DNA of 64,000 nucleotides from Fibrobacter sp. (GTDB lineage Bacteria; Fibrobacterota; Fibrobacteria; Fibrobacterales; Fibrobacteraceae): NCBI GenBank assembly GCA_024398875.1, contig JAKSIJ010000006.1, positions 59,802 to 123,801 of the forward strand, read 5' to 3'. Shown piece by piece: positions 52,354 to 64,000 of this stretch (position 1 is its first letter; each line of letters starts with the position of its first letter). The notes under the pieces were generated by a model. It saw only the letters and a program-made list of their open reading frames with translations, ran no database searches and was not told where the DNA came from. The position numbers and the translations under genes were made by a program.

Positions 52354-54441
52354 ATGTCAGAAGATATCTTCAACGTCGAAAACGACGCCCTTCCCGAAAA
52401 TGTAGCGGAACTTTACAATGAAGTCGAGGAGACACTCCGCGACGAGTCCATGGTGACATTCGAAGACTTGGGCCTTGCACCCGAAGTTTTAGAAGCCGTC
52501 AAAATGGCGGGCTACGAGACCCCCTCCCCCATTCAGGCCAAGGCGATTCCTGCGCTGTTGCAGGGAGCGAACTTGCTGGGAACGGCACAAACCGGAACCG
52601 GAAAGACTGCCGCTTTTGCACTACCCTTACTTTCTCGCATCGAATTCAACGGCCACGAGACTTCCATGCTGGTTCTCACGCCAACCCGTGAGCTCGCCAT
52701 CCAGGTGGCGGAAGCCATCCAGCAATATGCGGTAAAACTGCCGAAGGTTCATGTGGTTCCCGTCTACGGCGGCCAGGACATTCAAATCCAGTTACGAGCC
52801 CTCAAGCGCAAGGCGAACATCATCGTGGCGACACCGGGCCGACTCATCGACCACTTGAAACGCGGCTCCATCGTACTGAGCGGCGTGAAGGCCATCGTGC
52901 TGGACGAAGCGGACGAAATGCTGGACATGGGATTCATGGAAGACGTGGAGACCATCCTGAAAGAAATTCCGGCAGATGCACAGCGCGCTCTGTTCAGCGC
53001 CACCATGCCCGACGATGTGAAGAAAATCATCAACCAGCATCTGGGCGATTATGAGGAAGCCCGCATTGAAGGCAAGACAACGACGGTGGAAAACATTCGC
53101 CAGCGCTTCTTGCTGGTCCGTTCCGAGCACAAGTTGGAGGCTTTGGCCCGCGTGCTGGAAGGCGAAGATTTTGATGGTGTGCTGATTTTCGTCCGCACCA
53201 AACAGGCCACTTCTGAACTGGCGGAAAAACTGGAATCCCGAGGATTCAATGTGGCTCCCCTGAATGGCGACCTAGCCCAATCCATGAGAGAGCGGACAGT
53301 CAATCGCTTGAAATTAGGGAAGTTGGATATTGTGGTGGCGACTGATGTGGCCGCCCGCGGTATCGACGTGGACCGAATTTCTCTGGTAGTGAATTACGAC
53401 ATTCCTTATGACACGGAATCCTATGTACATCGCATTGGACGTACAGGTCGTGCGGGCCGTAGCGGCAACGCCATTCTGTTCATCACTCCCCGCGAACGCC
53501 GCCTTTTGAAAACCATTGAAAAGGCAACGCGCCAGCCCATTGAAGCCATGGCGCTCCCCACTTCAGAACAAATTAGCGCCAAGCGGGTGGAAGCTTTCAA
53601 GAACAAAGTCAAGAGTGTTTTCAGCTACGGCGAACTGGACAAGTTCAAGAACCTCGTACAAGATCTCATGGCGGAAGGCTGCAACCTGAAGGAAGGAGTC
53701 GTTCAAGAGGACGCTCCCATTCAGGAAATGACCGCTGTAGATATCGCCGCCGCAGTCATCAAGATTTACCAGAAAAAGCAGCAACTGTTCCCGGAACTGC
53801 CCTCCCTTGAAACGCCGAAGGATCGCCGAGAAAAAGCACGTAGCGGGCAAGATTTCATCGGCGCAGATACGCCAGAAATCGATGGACTTACCGGCGAAGA
53901 AAAGCAACGCATCCGCAAAGAGCGCAAAGAAGGCCTCAACGGCGTGGAAGAAGGCTACCTCCGCTATTATCTAGGCGTGGGCCGCGTGGACCACGTAAGC
54001 CCCAAGGACATCGTGGGTGCCATTGCCGGCGAAGGCAATATCAGCAGCAGCAACATTGGCCGCATCAAACTCTTCGACAAGTTCAGCACGGTGGAACTCC
54101 CAGAGGCCTTGCCCCAGGACGTCTTGGAGGCTCTCTCTGAAATGACCATTCGCGGGAACGACGCCCGCTTCCGCGTCATGACGGACGAGGCACCCTCGGG
54201 CCCCATGCCAGGCTCCAAACCGCGGGAAAGGAAATCCTTCCACAAGGAAGGCCGGGGCGGTTTTGGCGGGCGCGGAGAGCGCGGCTTCGGTGGGCGTGAA
54301 AAGCGCGGTGGCGGATTCCACAAGAATCGGGAAGAACGTCGCCGCGAAAAGTTTGGCGACAAGCCCTTCCGCAAAGATCATGACGAGCGTGATTTCGGAG
54401 ACAAGCCTTTCCGCAAAACAAGACGGTTCGGTCGACACTAG
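52354..54441 (+). CDS. deaD: DEAD-box RNA helicase (DeaD/CsdA-like)
   Basis: AQTGTGKT, PTRELA, DEAD, SAT, ATDVAARGID, HRIGRTGRAG, DbpA-type RNA-binding domain, RGG tail; GAGGTG RBS before ATG 52354. Confidence 0.96.
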   Translation: MSEDIFNVENDALPENVAELYNEVEETLRDESMVTFEDLGLAPEVLEAVKMAGYETPSPIQAKAIPALLQGANLLGTAQTGTGKTAAFALPLLSRIEFNGHETSMLVLTPTRELAIQVAEAIQQYAVKLPKVHVVPVYGGQDIQIQLRALKRKANIIVATPGRLIDHLKRGSIVLSGVKAIVLDEADEMLDMGFMEDVETILKEIPADAQRALFSATMPDDVKKIINQHLGDYEEARIEGKTTTVENIRQRFLLVRSEHKLEALARVLEGEDFDGVLIFVRTKQATSELAEKLESRGFNVAPLNGDLAQSMRERTVNRLKLGKLDIVVATDVAARGIDVDRISLVVNYDIPYDTESYVHRIGRTGRAGRSGNAILFITPRERRLLKTIEKATRQPIEAMALPTSEQISAKRVEAFKNKVKSVFSYGELDKFKNLVQDLMAEGCNLKEGVVQEDAPIQEMTAVDIAAAVIKIYQKKQQLFPELPSLETPKDRREKARSGQDFIGADTPEIDGLTGEEKQRIRKERKEGLNGVEEGYLRYYLGVGRVDHVSPKDIVGAIAGEGNISSSNIGRIKLFDKFSTVELPEALPQDVLEALSEMTIRGNDARFRVMTDEAPSGPMPGSKPRERKSFHKEGRGGFGGRGERGFGGREKRGGGFHKNREERRREKFGDKPFRKDHDERDFGDKPFRKTRRFGRH

Positions 54442-54456
54442 TTTTCGCGAATTGCG

Positions 54457-56888
<2,432 letters not shown>

Positions 56889-56901
56889 TTCTCGGCAAAA
56901 A

Positions 56902-57105
56902 TCATTTCCATTTGGAAATCATGCTCCCGCCCAACGCCACCGCCAAAACCACAATCATGGCCGTCAAACCAAAATTGGCAAGTTGCAGATTTTCATCTTT
57001 GGCAATACCGCTTTCAATCAGAAAAATCAATATCAAGGCGATGACCGCCGCCACGGCGCCCATCCGCTGAAACATCTTTACACGATCATCTTTAGTAAAG
57101 GGCAT
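56902..57105 (-). CDS. Small two-helix membrane protein (67 aa)
   Basis: MPFTKDDRV.. with two hydrophobic helices; start overlaps the ubiA-like gene end. Confidence 0.65.
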   Translation of the reverse strand: MPFTKDDRVKMFQRMGAVAAVIALILIFLIESGIAKDENLQLANFGLTAMIVVLAVALGGSMISKWK

Positions 57106-57985
57106 TTGCGTCTCCTCCCAAACAAACCCACAGGACAAGGCCAACCATCACTAGGCAACTCACTGCCACATTGGCCAAAAAGAAATCCCGATTCATCTTG
57201 TCCAAATCATCAGACTTCCGAAAGAAATGGAGATAGACGATGGCCGCCGTAATAAGGCCCGTCACCACCCACCAAATCACGCCCAGATTCCAAAACCAGC
57301 CAAAGGCACCGCAGAGAATCAGCATGGCCACGTGACTCCAGCAGGCAATTTGCAGCGAACGCTTGCGCCCAAAGCGGGCCGGCACGGAATGCAAGCCCTG
57401 CGCTTTGTCAATCGCCTCATCCTGTGTGGCATAAATGATGTCGAAGCCGCCCATCCAGAGAATCAGAATGAACATGAGGAAAATAGGGAACAAGCCGAAC
57501 TCACCGCGAATGGCAATCCAAGCCCCAAGGGGGCTCATGCCCGTCGCAAATCCCAGAAACCAGTGACACAGATAACTGAAACGCTTCCACAGGGAATAAG
57601 AAAGCAACAACAGCCAAACAGGGAAAGCGAGGTAGCCCGCCAAAGGCTGCAGCATCCAGGCGAACGCCACAAAAAACACGCCGTTCAAAATCAGGAACGC
57701 AATGACAGAAGCCTTGCTGAGCCTGCCCGAAGGCAAATGCCGCCCCGCCGTCCGCGGATTTAATGCGTCGATTTTCGCATCCGCCAGGCGGTTGAAACTC
57801 ATGGCGCTATTGCGGGCCGTCACCATGCAGGCGACAATCAGAATCACAATTTTTGCGATAGCCCAAGCATCCATTCCGCGAAAGCCATTTGCCGCCACCC
57901 ACATGGCGCCTAACGCAAAAGGCATAGCAAAAAGGCTGTGGCTAAACCGCACCATATGGCCAAATTCTACAATCTTCTTGAACAT
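57092..57985 (-). CDS. UbiA-family prenyltransferase (MqnP-like)
   Basis: FSHSLFAMPFA, ARNSAMSFNRLADAKIDALNPRTAGRHLPSG, GFDIIYATQD. Confidence 0.88.
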   Translation of the reverse strand: MFKKIVEFGHMVRFSHSLFAMPFALGAMWVAANGFRGMDAWAIAKIVILIVACMVTARNSAMSFNRLADAKIDALNPRTAGRHLPSGRLSKASVIAFLILNGVFFVAFAWMLQPLAGYLAFPVWLLLLSYSLWKRFSYLCHWFLGFATGMSPLGAWIAIRGEFGLFPIFLMFILILWMGGFDIIYATQDEAIDKAQGLHSVPARFGRKRSLQIACWSHVAMLILCGAFGWFWNLGVIWWVVTGLITAAIVYLHFFRKSDDLDKMNRDFFLANVAVSCLVMVGLVLWVCLGGDANALY

Positions 57986-57992
57986 GATTCGC

Positions 57993-58562
57993 CTACCCTC
58001 TCTCGCTAGCTTCGGGCGATTGCCAGGGTTTCACGATGTTAGCATCCATACCTAGATGCTTCAGAATTTTTGCAACTACAGTATCCACTAGTTCTTCAAT
58101 GGATTTGGGTTGGCAATAAAACTGCGGTGATGCGGGAATCACGACAGCACCCGCCCGCGTGACGCGCTCCATGTTTTCCAGATGGATGAGGTTGTAGGGC
58201 ATTTCCCGTGGGACAATAACCAGCGGGACTCTCTCCTTCAGGCAAACATCCGCAGAACGGACCAGCAAGTTGTCAGAAGTTCCTGCGGCAATCCGGCCAA
58301 GCGTTCCCATGGAGCAGGGAACCACCGCCATTCCCGAATAGCCGCTGCTACCGCTGGCGCATTCCGCAAAGAAGTCATCGATGTTGCAAACCTTGTCGCA
58401 ATAATCAAAGAATCCATTCTGGCCTTCGTATTCCATCACCTCTCGGCCCGGAGCCGTAACAATCGCCGTCACCTCACATCCCAACTTTTTGAGATGCATG
58501 GCAGTACGGGTAGCGTAAATGGCTCCACTTGCACCAGTAACTCCGAGAATGAAACGCTTCAT
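57993..58562 (-). CDS. ubiX: Flavin prenyltransferase
   Basis: LGVTGASGAIY, ASGS, VPCSMGTL, RSADVCLKERVPLVIVPREMP, PQFY; ATG 58562 overlaps the menG stop. Confidence 0.93.
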   Translation of the reverse strand: MKRFILGVTGASGAIYATRTAMHLKKLGCEVTAIVTAPGREVMEYEGQNGFFDYCDKVCNIDDFFAECASGSSGYSGMAVVPCSMGTLGRIAAGTSDNLLVRSADVCLKERVPLVIVPREMPYNLIHLENMERVTRAGAVVIPASPQFYCQPKSIEELVDTVVAKILKHLGMDANIVKPWQSPEASERG

Positions 58563-59368
58563 GGCGCAACCTCCCGCGCAACTTCGGCCACCTTTGGACG
58601 CTTCCGCAACAGCACTCGATAAGCCACCCCAAAAAAGCAAGGCTTCACATGAACGAGCTCAAAACCATTCTCTTCCGCCAACTTCACAAAATCAGCAACC
58701 GGCAAAAACTGCAATACGGAATTCACCAGATACTCATAAGCATCCCGCTTGCTGAAAAACGCTCCCATCACAGGAATAAAAAGCGGGGCCAACACCTTGT
58801 AAAAAAACTTGTTGAAGGCATTCCGCGGCGAAAAGAATTCCAGAATCTGAAGATAGCCCCCATCGTTCAAAACCCGCGCTGACTCTCGCAAGCCGCCGCA
58901 GGCATTCGGCAAATTCCGCATGCCAAAGCCATTCAGAATCACATCGAAAGCGCCATCGGGAAAAGGCATTTTCATGGCGTCCAGTTGAACGGGCTTGGCG
59001 CAAGTTTTTTTTCCAGAGCTGCCCTGCAGCATGCCGAAGGAAAAATCGCCCAAAATTGCTACATCGGGCGTTCCATTGTACTTCTCGTATGTTACCGCAA
59101 AATCTCCGGTGCCACCACACAAATCCAGCAACCGAACCCGCGGGCTATTTTTTCGCGAGCAATTTTTTCCCCGCGCACCAACCTTATTGGAGCAATTTCC
59201 GTCTGACATCAAAACACGCCACAAATCCTTACAGCACGCACGACGCCAAAATACATCCTGAAAGCAGCTCAAGGAATGATTCAAGAAATCATACCGATTC
59301 GCAATTTCATCAAACATTGCGCGGACATAACTTTTGTCCTTCGGGTCTTTCTTCTGAGAACGGGGCAT
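58559..59368 (-). CDS. menG: UbiE/MenG quinone methyltransferase
   Basis: MFDEIANRYDFLNHSLS, LDLCGGTGD, DFSFGML, FGMRN, ILEFF, YEYLVNSV. Confidence 0.88.
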   Translation of the reverse strand: MPRSQKKDPKDKSYVRAMFDEIANRYDFLNHSLSCFQDVFWRRACCKDLWRVLMSDGNCSNKVGARGKNCSRKNSPRVRLLDLCGGTGDFAVTYEKYNGTPDVAILGDFSFGMLQGSSGKKTCAKPVQLDAMKMPFPDGAFDVILNGFGMRNLPNACGGLRESARVLNDGGYLQILEFFSPRNAFNKFFYKVLAPLFIPVMGAFFSKRDAYEYLVNSVLQFLPVADFVKLAEENGFELVHVKPCFFGVAYRVLLRKRPKVAEVAREVAP

Positions 59369-59436
59369 GACTACAATATAGAAAAGGCGATGAATTTACT
59401 CATCGCCTTCTTTACATTTTATGAGCCAGCAATCTA

Positions 59437-61911
59437 CTACTTGAATTTTGCCGTATAGGTAGCGCCATTAGTAGGCGTTACAATCCACGGATTAGCCGTG
59501 TCAACAGTTTCGCCATTACCATTAACCCAGCCCACAAATGTAGCACCGCTAGCAGGAACCGCAGTGAGTTCCATCTGAACTCCGCCAAAGAACGTGCCCG
59601 TATAATTCGTAGAAGTGGCAGTCGAGCCCGGCAAGTTCATTCCTTCCATCAGCACTTTACCGTTTCCGCTAGAAGCAATGGATACCATGACATTTGAAGA
59701 CAGGTTGTATTCTTCTTGGACTTCCTTCCAGAAAGTATCATCACGGGACTTCGCCCAGGACTTAATACATGACCCACCAATACTAAATCCATTACCACAA
59801 GAATTCGTATACCAGTGAGAAGCCCTATCAAATTTTTCCATATCGCGGGATGTTTCTGAAGAAACAAGCGTTGCTGCTATAGCATCTACCACCGATTCTA
59901 CGCGCGCGCCATTCACATAGTTGGTAAGCATTACCGCAGCATGATTGATAAATAAGCGCCTAAAATCATCGGATCCCGATTTATTGGCATTAGCCTTCTC
60001 CGAACCCATCAGTTTAATAAACAAAGTAGAGAAACATACTTCCGGTTTATTATTACAACCGCCATTTTTGCCTCCATCTCTCACCCATTTAAACATATTG
60101 GAACTCTGACCAAATCCATCTACGTTCCACATCCAGTCAAAACCATGGTCCAAATCATAGACCATAAATTTCCATGGCTGGTCCGGGCTACGCCAAGCAC
60201 GGACGTTGTTGTTCGGCCAATCTCCATTATGCATATACATCTCGGCAATCATATAATCGGCATAATTACCCACATCCATCATGGTTTTCAACGTTTGATA
60301 ATTCGGGTTATTGGAACCACTAAAAGTATTACCTGCGGCTGCGACAAAAGCGAGCAAAGACTCATAATTCGCCGTCGTTCCGTTGCTTGCCGTAATGGAA
60401 GACCCAAGATGTTTGATAATATTAACCACACTAGCATCAATACCATAATTGGTTTCTACGTAATTCTTGTTGTAACGTTCCCGCATATCGTGAATTCCAT
60501 AATACTTTCCGTTATAGAACACCACCACCTGACGGCTACGCTGATAATCCACACCACTACCTTCCAGAATAGCTCCTCCAACGGCATCTTCCATATAATC
60601 GCTCACAAAGCGATTTCCATTATTGCGGAGGTTGAACCCCTTATACTTGTCATTCACGCCCTTACGGGTTTCAAATAGTGGATAATGAAGCCAGCCATCC
60701 TCGTAATCCTCACGCATGACGATGGCAACGGACTTTTTGTCTTCCAGACGGCTATAATTTCCCATTAGGGAAATGCCCGCCTCGATTTCAAACGCAGCGC
60801 CATTAGAAGCACTTCCATTTTCAAAATACTCTACATGAACGGGATATTCAACATCCTCATACATACCAGACGGAGCGCCTTCCGGTGTACTTGCCGATGT
60901 ATGCACGTAATGCTTGCTAAAGAAATCAGGACTAACACTGACTGCCACCACCGGCATATTCACCGATTCGCCAATGAAGAACGTTTTCGTCACAACTTTA
61001 GAAGGCAGGCTTCCATTCTTGAACATAGCACAACGTAGCGGCGTACTCTTTGTTATCTCCAGCGGTGCCGTAAACGCAGAAGAACCTTCTGTTGGCGCAG
61101 AACCATCCTGCGTACAGCGAATAGTTTCTCCCTCACCCGTAGATGGCGGATTAATCGTAACAGACTTACTGTAAAAACCAGCCTTCATCTCTCCAAAATC
61201 AGGTGCATCGGCAAACCCGTCATAGGCTATAGATTCCGTATTCTTCGCTTCAGGCGTAGATATTCCAAAATACTTCCAGGCGCCACCATCCACAATGCCC
61301 CAACTTACGCCAGCACGACTAATGTCTGGATACTGAACAGAATCGCGAATTCCGTTACTAGGGTCAATCAGGTAAAGCGTTCCACCACTTTTGTCCAACT
61401 TCCAGTTAGTATGGGTACGAGCACGAAGCACATGACCCTCTTCATCCACCCCATCCTTCAACGAAGAGACATTATTTATGTCCTTTTTATCAAGAAACAC
61501 CGTTCTAAAGGATTTTGCAGCCACCAGTTCATCTCCAAAGACCCACTTTTTCGGTTCTTTCAAGGATTCAACCAGTGAATATCCCTTCAAATTAGCAGAC
61601 TTGTCCCCAGAATTAAAAATTTCAACCCAGGCGCCATCATCCCCATCCAAATCACGCCAATCCGTATTCAAGGGGGATATTTCCGTAATCAACAATGCAG
61701 AACTTCCGACCCAGCGCAGCGTTGTATCCTTATACACAACCACGGTATCTTCAACGTAGATGGTATCTCCGGTCACGGGATCGATTACTCTAGATTTGCC
61801 ACTATTCGGATCATCCTCAATTTTTGCCGCAGTTGAATGACCATCGCAAGCCCACATAACAAACAGGCCAGCAAGCAAGAATAACCATAAGCTCTTTTTT
61901 ATTATGACCAT
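59437..61911 (-). CDS. CotH kinase-family lipoprotein with lamin-tail and chitobiase/FN3-like domains
   Basis: MWA-C lipobox; LLITEISP..WVEIFN (LTD); IRCTQDGSAPT; NGDWPNNN, YDLDHGF (CotH). Confidence 0.82.
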   Translation of the reverse strand: MVIIKKSLWLFLLAGLFVMWACDGHSTAAKIEDDPNSGKSRVIDPVTGDTIYVEDTVVVYKDTTLRWVGSSALLITEISPLNTDWRDLDGDDGAWVEIFNSGDKSANLKGYSLVESLKEPKKWVFGDELVAAKSFRTVFLDKKDINNVSSLKDGVDEEGHVLRARTHTNWKLDKSGGTLYLIDPSNGIRDSVQYPDISRAGVSWGIVDGGAWKYFGISTPEAKNTESIAYDGFADAPDFGEMKAGFYSKSVTINPPSTGEGETIRCTQDGSAPTEGSSAFTAPLEITKSTPLRCAMFKNGSLPSKVVTKTFFIGESVNMPVVAVSVSPDFFSKHYVHTSASTPEGAPSGMYEDVEYPVHVEYFENGSASNGAAFEIEAGISLMGNYSRLEDKKSVAIVMREDYEDGWLHYPLFETRKGVNDKYKGFNLRNNGNRFVSDYMEDAVGGAILEGSGVDYQRSRQVVVFYNGKYYGIHDMRERYNKNYVETNYGIDASVVNIIKHLGSSITASNGTTANYESLLAFVAAAGNTFSGSNNPNYQTLKTMMDVGNYADYMIAEMYMHNGDWPNNNVRAWRSPDQPWKFMVYDLDHGFDWMWNVDGFGQSSNMFKWVRDGGKNGGCNNKPEVCFSTLFIKLMGSEKANANKSGSDDFRRLFINHAAVMLTNYVNGARVESVVDAIAATLVSSETSRDMEKFDRASHWYTNSCGNGFSIGGSCIKSWAKSRDDTFWKEVQEEYNLSSNVMVSIASSGNGKVLMEGMNLPGSTATSTNYTGTFFGGVQMELTAVPASGATFVGWVNGNGETVDTANPWIVTPTNGATYTAKFK

Positions 61912-62017
61912 ATCAAATCACCAAAAACGAGAATAGACATCTATTCTACAACCATTTGTAAATCTATATGAAAAAAAAGCAGAAAATCCACATTTTGGAG
62001 TAATATCTTCTTTACCC

Positions 62018-62048
62018 TTGACAAAAATCACGCCTTTATCTAACTTTG
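62018..62048 (+). promoter_or_regulatory. Housekeeping promoter of tRNA-Phe
   Basis: TTGACA, 17 nt, TAACTT(TG), ending 12 nt before the tRNA. Confidence 0.7.
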
Positions 62049-62060
62049 GCTTACCAAAAT

Positions 62061-62133
62061 GGTTCTGTAGCTCAGTTGGTAGAGCAGTGGACTGAAAATC
62101 CGCGTGTCGTTGGTTCAATTCCAATCGGAACCA
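62061..62133 (+). tRNA. tRNA-Phe (GAA), CCA not encoded
   Basis: GGTTCTG/CGGAACC acceptor stem; GTGGA-CTGAAAA-TCCGC anticodon arm. Confidence 0.97.
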
Positions 62134-62135
62134 CG

Positions 62136-62166
62136 AAAAAACCTCAGGTTCTTCCTGAGGTTTTTT
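62136..62166 (+). terminator. Intrinsic terminator after tRNA-Phe
   Basis: AAAAAACCTCAGG-TTCTT-CCTGAGGTTTTTT. Confidence 0.8.
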
Positions 62167-62230
62167 CTTTTCCGCCATTTTCCTTGAATTTTCGCGGTTT
62201 TTGCCGATTTTGATTTATTTTGAAGATAGG

Positions 62231-63349
62231 TCAGCGTCTTTCGCGGTAAGGCGCGTAGATCTCGTCCCAATGTTCAAGGAGCACATCCACCAGCTCCGGT
62301 TGGAACTGCAGACCACGCTGTTTCACAAACTCTTCGCGAACCCGATCCTCAGGCCAGGGTTCCTTATAGCAACGCGGGCTAGAAAGAGCGTCCAGCACAT
62401 CCGCTACAGCACAGATACGCGCTGCCAGAGGGATGTCCTCCCCCTTCAGTCCACGAGGGTAGCCCTTACCGTCCCAGCGTTCATGATGACTGCCGGCGAT
62501 AACCGCAGCAAAGCGCAGAAGCTTCCGCTTTGAGGCATTCAGCATCTCTTCACCAATGATGGAATGAGACTTCATGACGCCAAATTCAATATCCGTTAGA
62601 CGGCCAGGCTTGTTGAGCACAGCGTCTGGAATTCCAATCTTGCCCAAATCATGCATAGGCGTCGCGAGGCGAATGCGATCAGCGTCCTCCTCCGGAAGTC
62701 CCATCCACTTGGCCAACTGGTACGAAATCTCCGACACCCGCTGGATATGGTCGCCGGTTTCCTGACTACGATATTCGGACGCCTCACCCAAGATATGGAT
62801 GATTTCGCGCTGCGTCGCTTCCAGTTCTGCCGTCAAGCGGGCGGATTCCACAGTCTTTGCAGAATACACGGCAGTCAAGGCCAGGTGGTTCAAATCATCT
62901 TCCGAGAACACCTTCTCTTCAGTCACCTTATTAATGGCCTGAAATACGCCCATGACCTTTCCCTCAGAATCAAAGAGAGGAACGGTCATTACAGAAGTGG
63001 TGTGATAATTGGTCTTTTCATCACTGCGACGATCGAACCTGGGGTCCTTGTATGCGTCTGCAATGAGGAGCGGTTCCCGCGTGCTGACGGAATAGCCCAC
63101 AAAACCTGCGGTTAGGGGGATGCGGAGTTCATCCACTCCATGAGCCACCTTAGTCCACAGTTCTTTTTTCTCTTCGTCCACAAGCCACAAGGAGCAACGG
63201 TCCGCCTGAACAATGGAGCGGCCCATGTTCGCCATAAGCATAAGAAGATTATTCAGATTGCGTTCAGCAGCAATCTTCGGCATATATGAAAAAAGCAATT
63301 CCAGAATCCGCTGGGATTCCGCTGCAAATTGAGCACTCCAATCAGCCAT
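62231..63349 (-). CDS. GAF + HD-GYP c-di-GMP phosphodiesterase
   Basis: GAF (ADRCSLWL, DAYKDPRF, QAINK), ETGDHIQRV, MHDLGK, HHERWDGKGYP. Start probably 63349. Confidence 0.92.
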   Translation of the reverse strand: MADWSAQFAAESQRILELLFSYMPKIAAERNLNNLLMLMANMGRSIVQADRCSLWLVDEEKKELWTKVAHGVDELRIPLTAGFVGYSVSTREPLLIADAYKDPRFDRRSDEKTNYHTTSVMTVPLFDSEGKVMGVFQAINKVTEEKVFSEDDLNHLALTAVYSAKTVESARLTAELEATQREIIHILGEASEYRSQETGDHIQRVSEISYQLAKWMGLPEEDADRIRLATPMHDLGKIGIPDAVLNKPGRLTDIEFGVMKSHSIIGEEMLNASKRKLLRFAAVIAGSHHERWDGKGYPRGLKGEDIPLAARICAVADVLDALSSPRCYKEPWPEDRVREEFVKQRGLQFQPELVDVLLEHWDEIYAPYRERR

Positions 63350-63432
63350 ACCTATAAAATAACAAATTCGCAAAATACCCATAAAAAGAATTGACGAAAC
63401 CACTGGACTTTTTTATTCTTTGAGCACTTTTT

Positions 63433-63513
63433 GGAGGAATAGGCTAATTGGTAAGTCAGCGGTCTTGAAAACCGCCGCCGTCAGGCTTGGGGGTTCGAGT
63501 CCCTCTTCCTCCG
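63433..63513 (+). tRNA. tRNA-Ser (TGA), 81 nt, short variable arm, CCA not encoded
   Basis: GGAGGAA/TTCCTCC acceptor stem, GCGGT-CTTGAAA-ACCGC anticodon arm, G discriminator. Confidence 0.9.
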
Positions 63514-63515
63514 CG

Positions 63516-63547
63516 AAACGCCCGAAACCTAGTTTCGGGTGTTTTTT
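63516..63547. terminator. Intrinsic terminator after tRNA-Ser
   Basis: AAACGCCCGAAAC-CTA-GTTTCGGGTGTTTTTT. Confidence 0.78.
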
Positions 63548-63560
63548 GTAGAATTTTGCT

Positions 63561-64000
63561 CTATTGGTAATCCCACATATGGTTTTGGTCGGCGGCAAAA
63601 TCCATAGCTGCGCTGGCTGGTTCGTCAAACAAAAGCGTGCAAACCTTTACATCCAAGGATGTGCATTTCGAAAGCGCACTTATACAGGCTCCCGTGGTCG
63701 CCCCCGTTGTAAAAACATCATCCACCACCACAATCGTTCCATGAGTTGGAAACTTAACTGCGGGGACTGCCGTAAAGGCTCCTGCTACGTTCCATTCCCG
63801 CTCATCTCGATGAAGTTTTGTCTGGGAAACCTTGAAGCTCTGACGACGCAGCAACAGCCTTACCTGACCACCTGTGACGGTGGCTAGAGCGGCAGCAATT
63901 CGTTCCGCCTGATTATAACCACGCTCCCGGTACCTGGCCGGATGTAGCGGCACCGGAACAAAGGCCAGAGGCTGGGCCCATTCCCCTACATAGTCCGCCA
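63561..64000 (-). CDS. comF: ComF family phosphoribosyltransferase-like protein, 5'-truncated by the window edge
   Basis: VPVPLHPAR..RGYNQAE, REWNVAGAF, VVVDDVFTTGAT; frame open to the window end. Confidence 0.88.
   Translation of the reverse strand, partial: ADYVGEWAQPLAFVPVPLHPARYRERGYNQAERIAAALATVTGGQVRLLLRRQSFKVSQTKLHRDEREWNVAGAFTAVPAVKFPTHGTIVVVDDVFTTGATTGACISALSKCTSLDVKVCTLLFDEPASAAMDFAADQNHMWDYQ

Noticed and set aside
63433-63513. Selenocysteine or opal-suppressor tRNA
   Set aside because: The anticodon is TGA (reads UCA, Ser), not TCA; the acceptor/T stems are the normal 7/5.

Overview
A 64-kb chromosomal segment, most likely from a Fibrobacter (Fibrobacterota) species. The evidence for that is a Fib_succ_major-type lipoprotein, a CotH/lamin-tail lipoprotein, many Ser-linker lipoproteins, a type III glutamine synthetase and acetate/succinate fermentation genes. 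Most of the window is housekeeping: birA, glnA (GSIII), ackA, aroC, lpxK, waaA, ispH, rpmB, deaD, tgt, menG/ubiX/ubiA-like genes, an Uup-like ABC-F and three tRNAs. It also holds a cobalamin-riboswitch btuB/beta-propeller uptake locus, a MoxR/DUF58 operon, a rubrerythrin-PerR operon with a perfect 7-1-7 operator, and a lower-GC lipoprotein/ATPase block beside tRNA-Glu. I recognised no transposase, integrase, cas gene or CRISPR array. The most interesting signals are: (i) an outer-membrane protein whose Ala/Pro-rich stalk carries 16 Bacteroidetes-type D-(S/T)-(A/L/V/I/M/T) O-glycosylation sequons; (ii) an msbA-like / ICMT-family (LmtA-like) methyltransferase / waaA operon that suggests lipid A or glycolipid methylation; (iii) a family of modular intergenic elements built from 7-bp tandem arrays and shared hairpin modules at about 14.0 kb and 41.9-42.2 kb; (iv) three proteins with altered catalytic motifs, namely a sigma54-type activator opposite glnA (GAFAGA, Walker B N-E), a Fic protein with His->Arg, and a RavA-like ATPase lacking Walker B; (v) a putative operon linking a FliB-like lysine methylase to a divergent EF-G paralog. 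All family calls come from recalled motifs; no database search was run.
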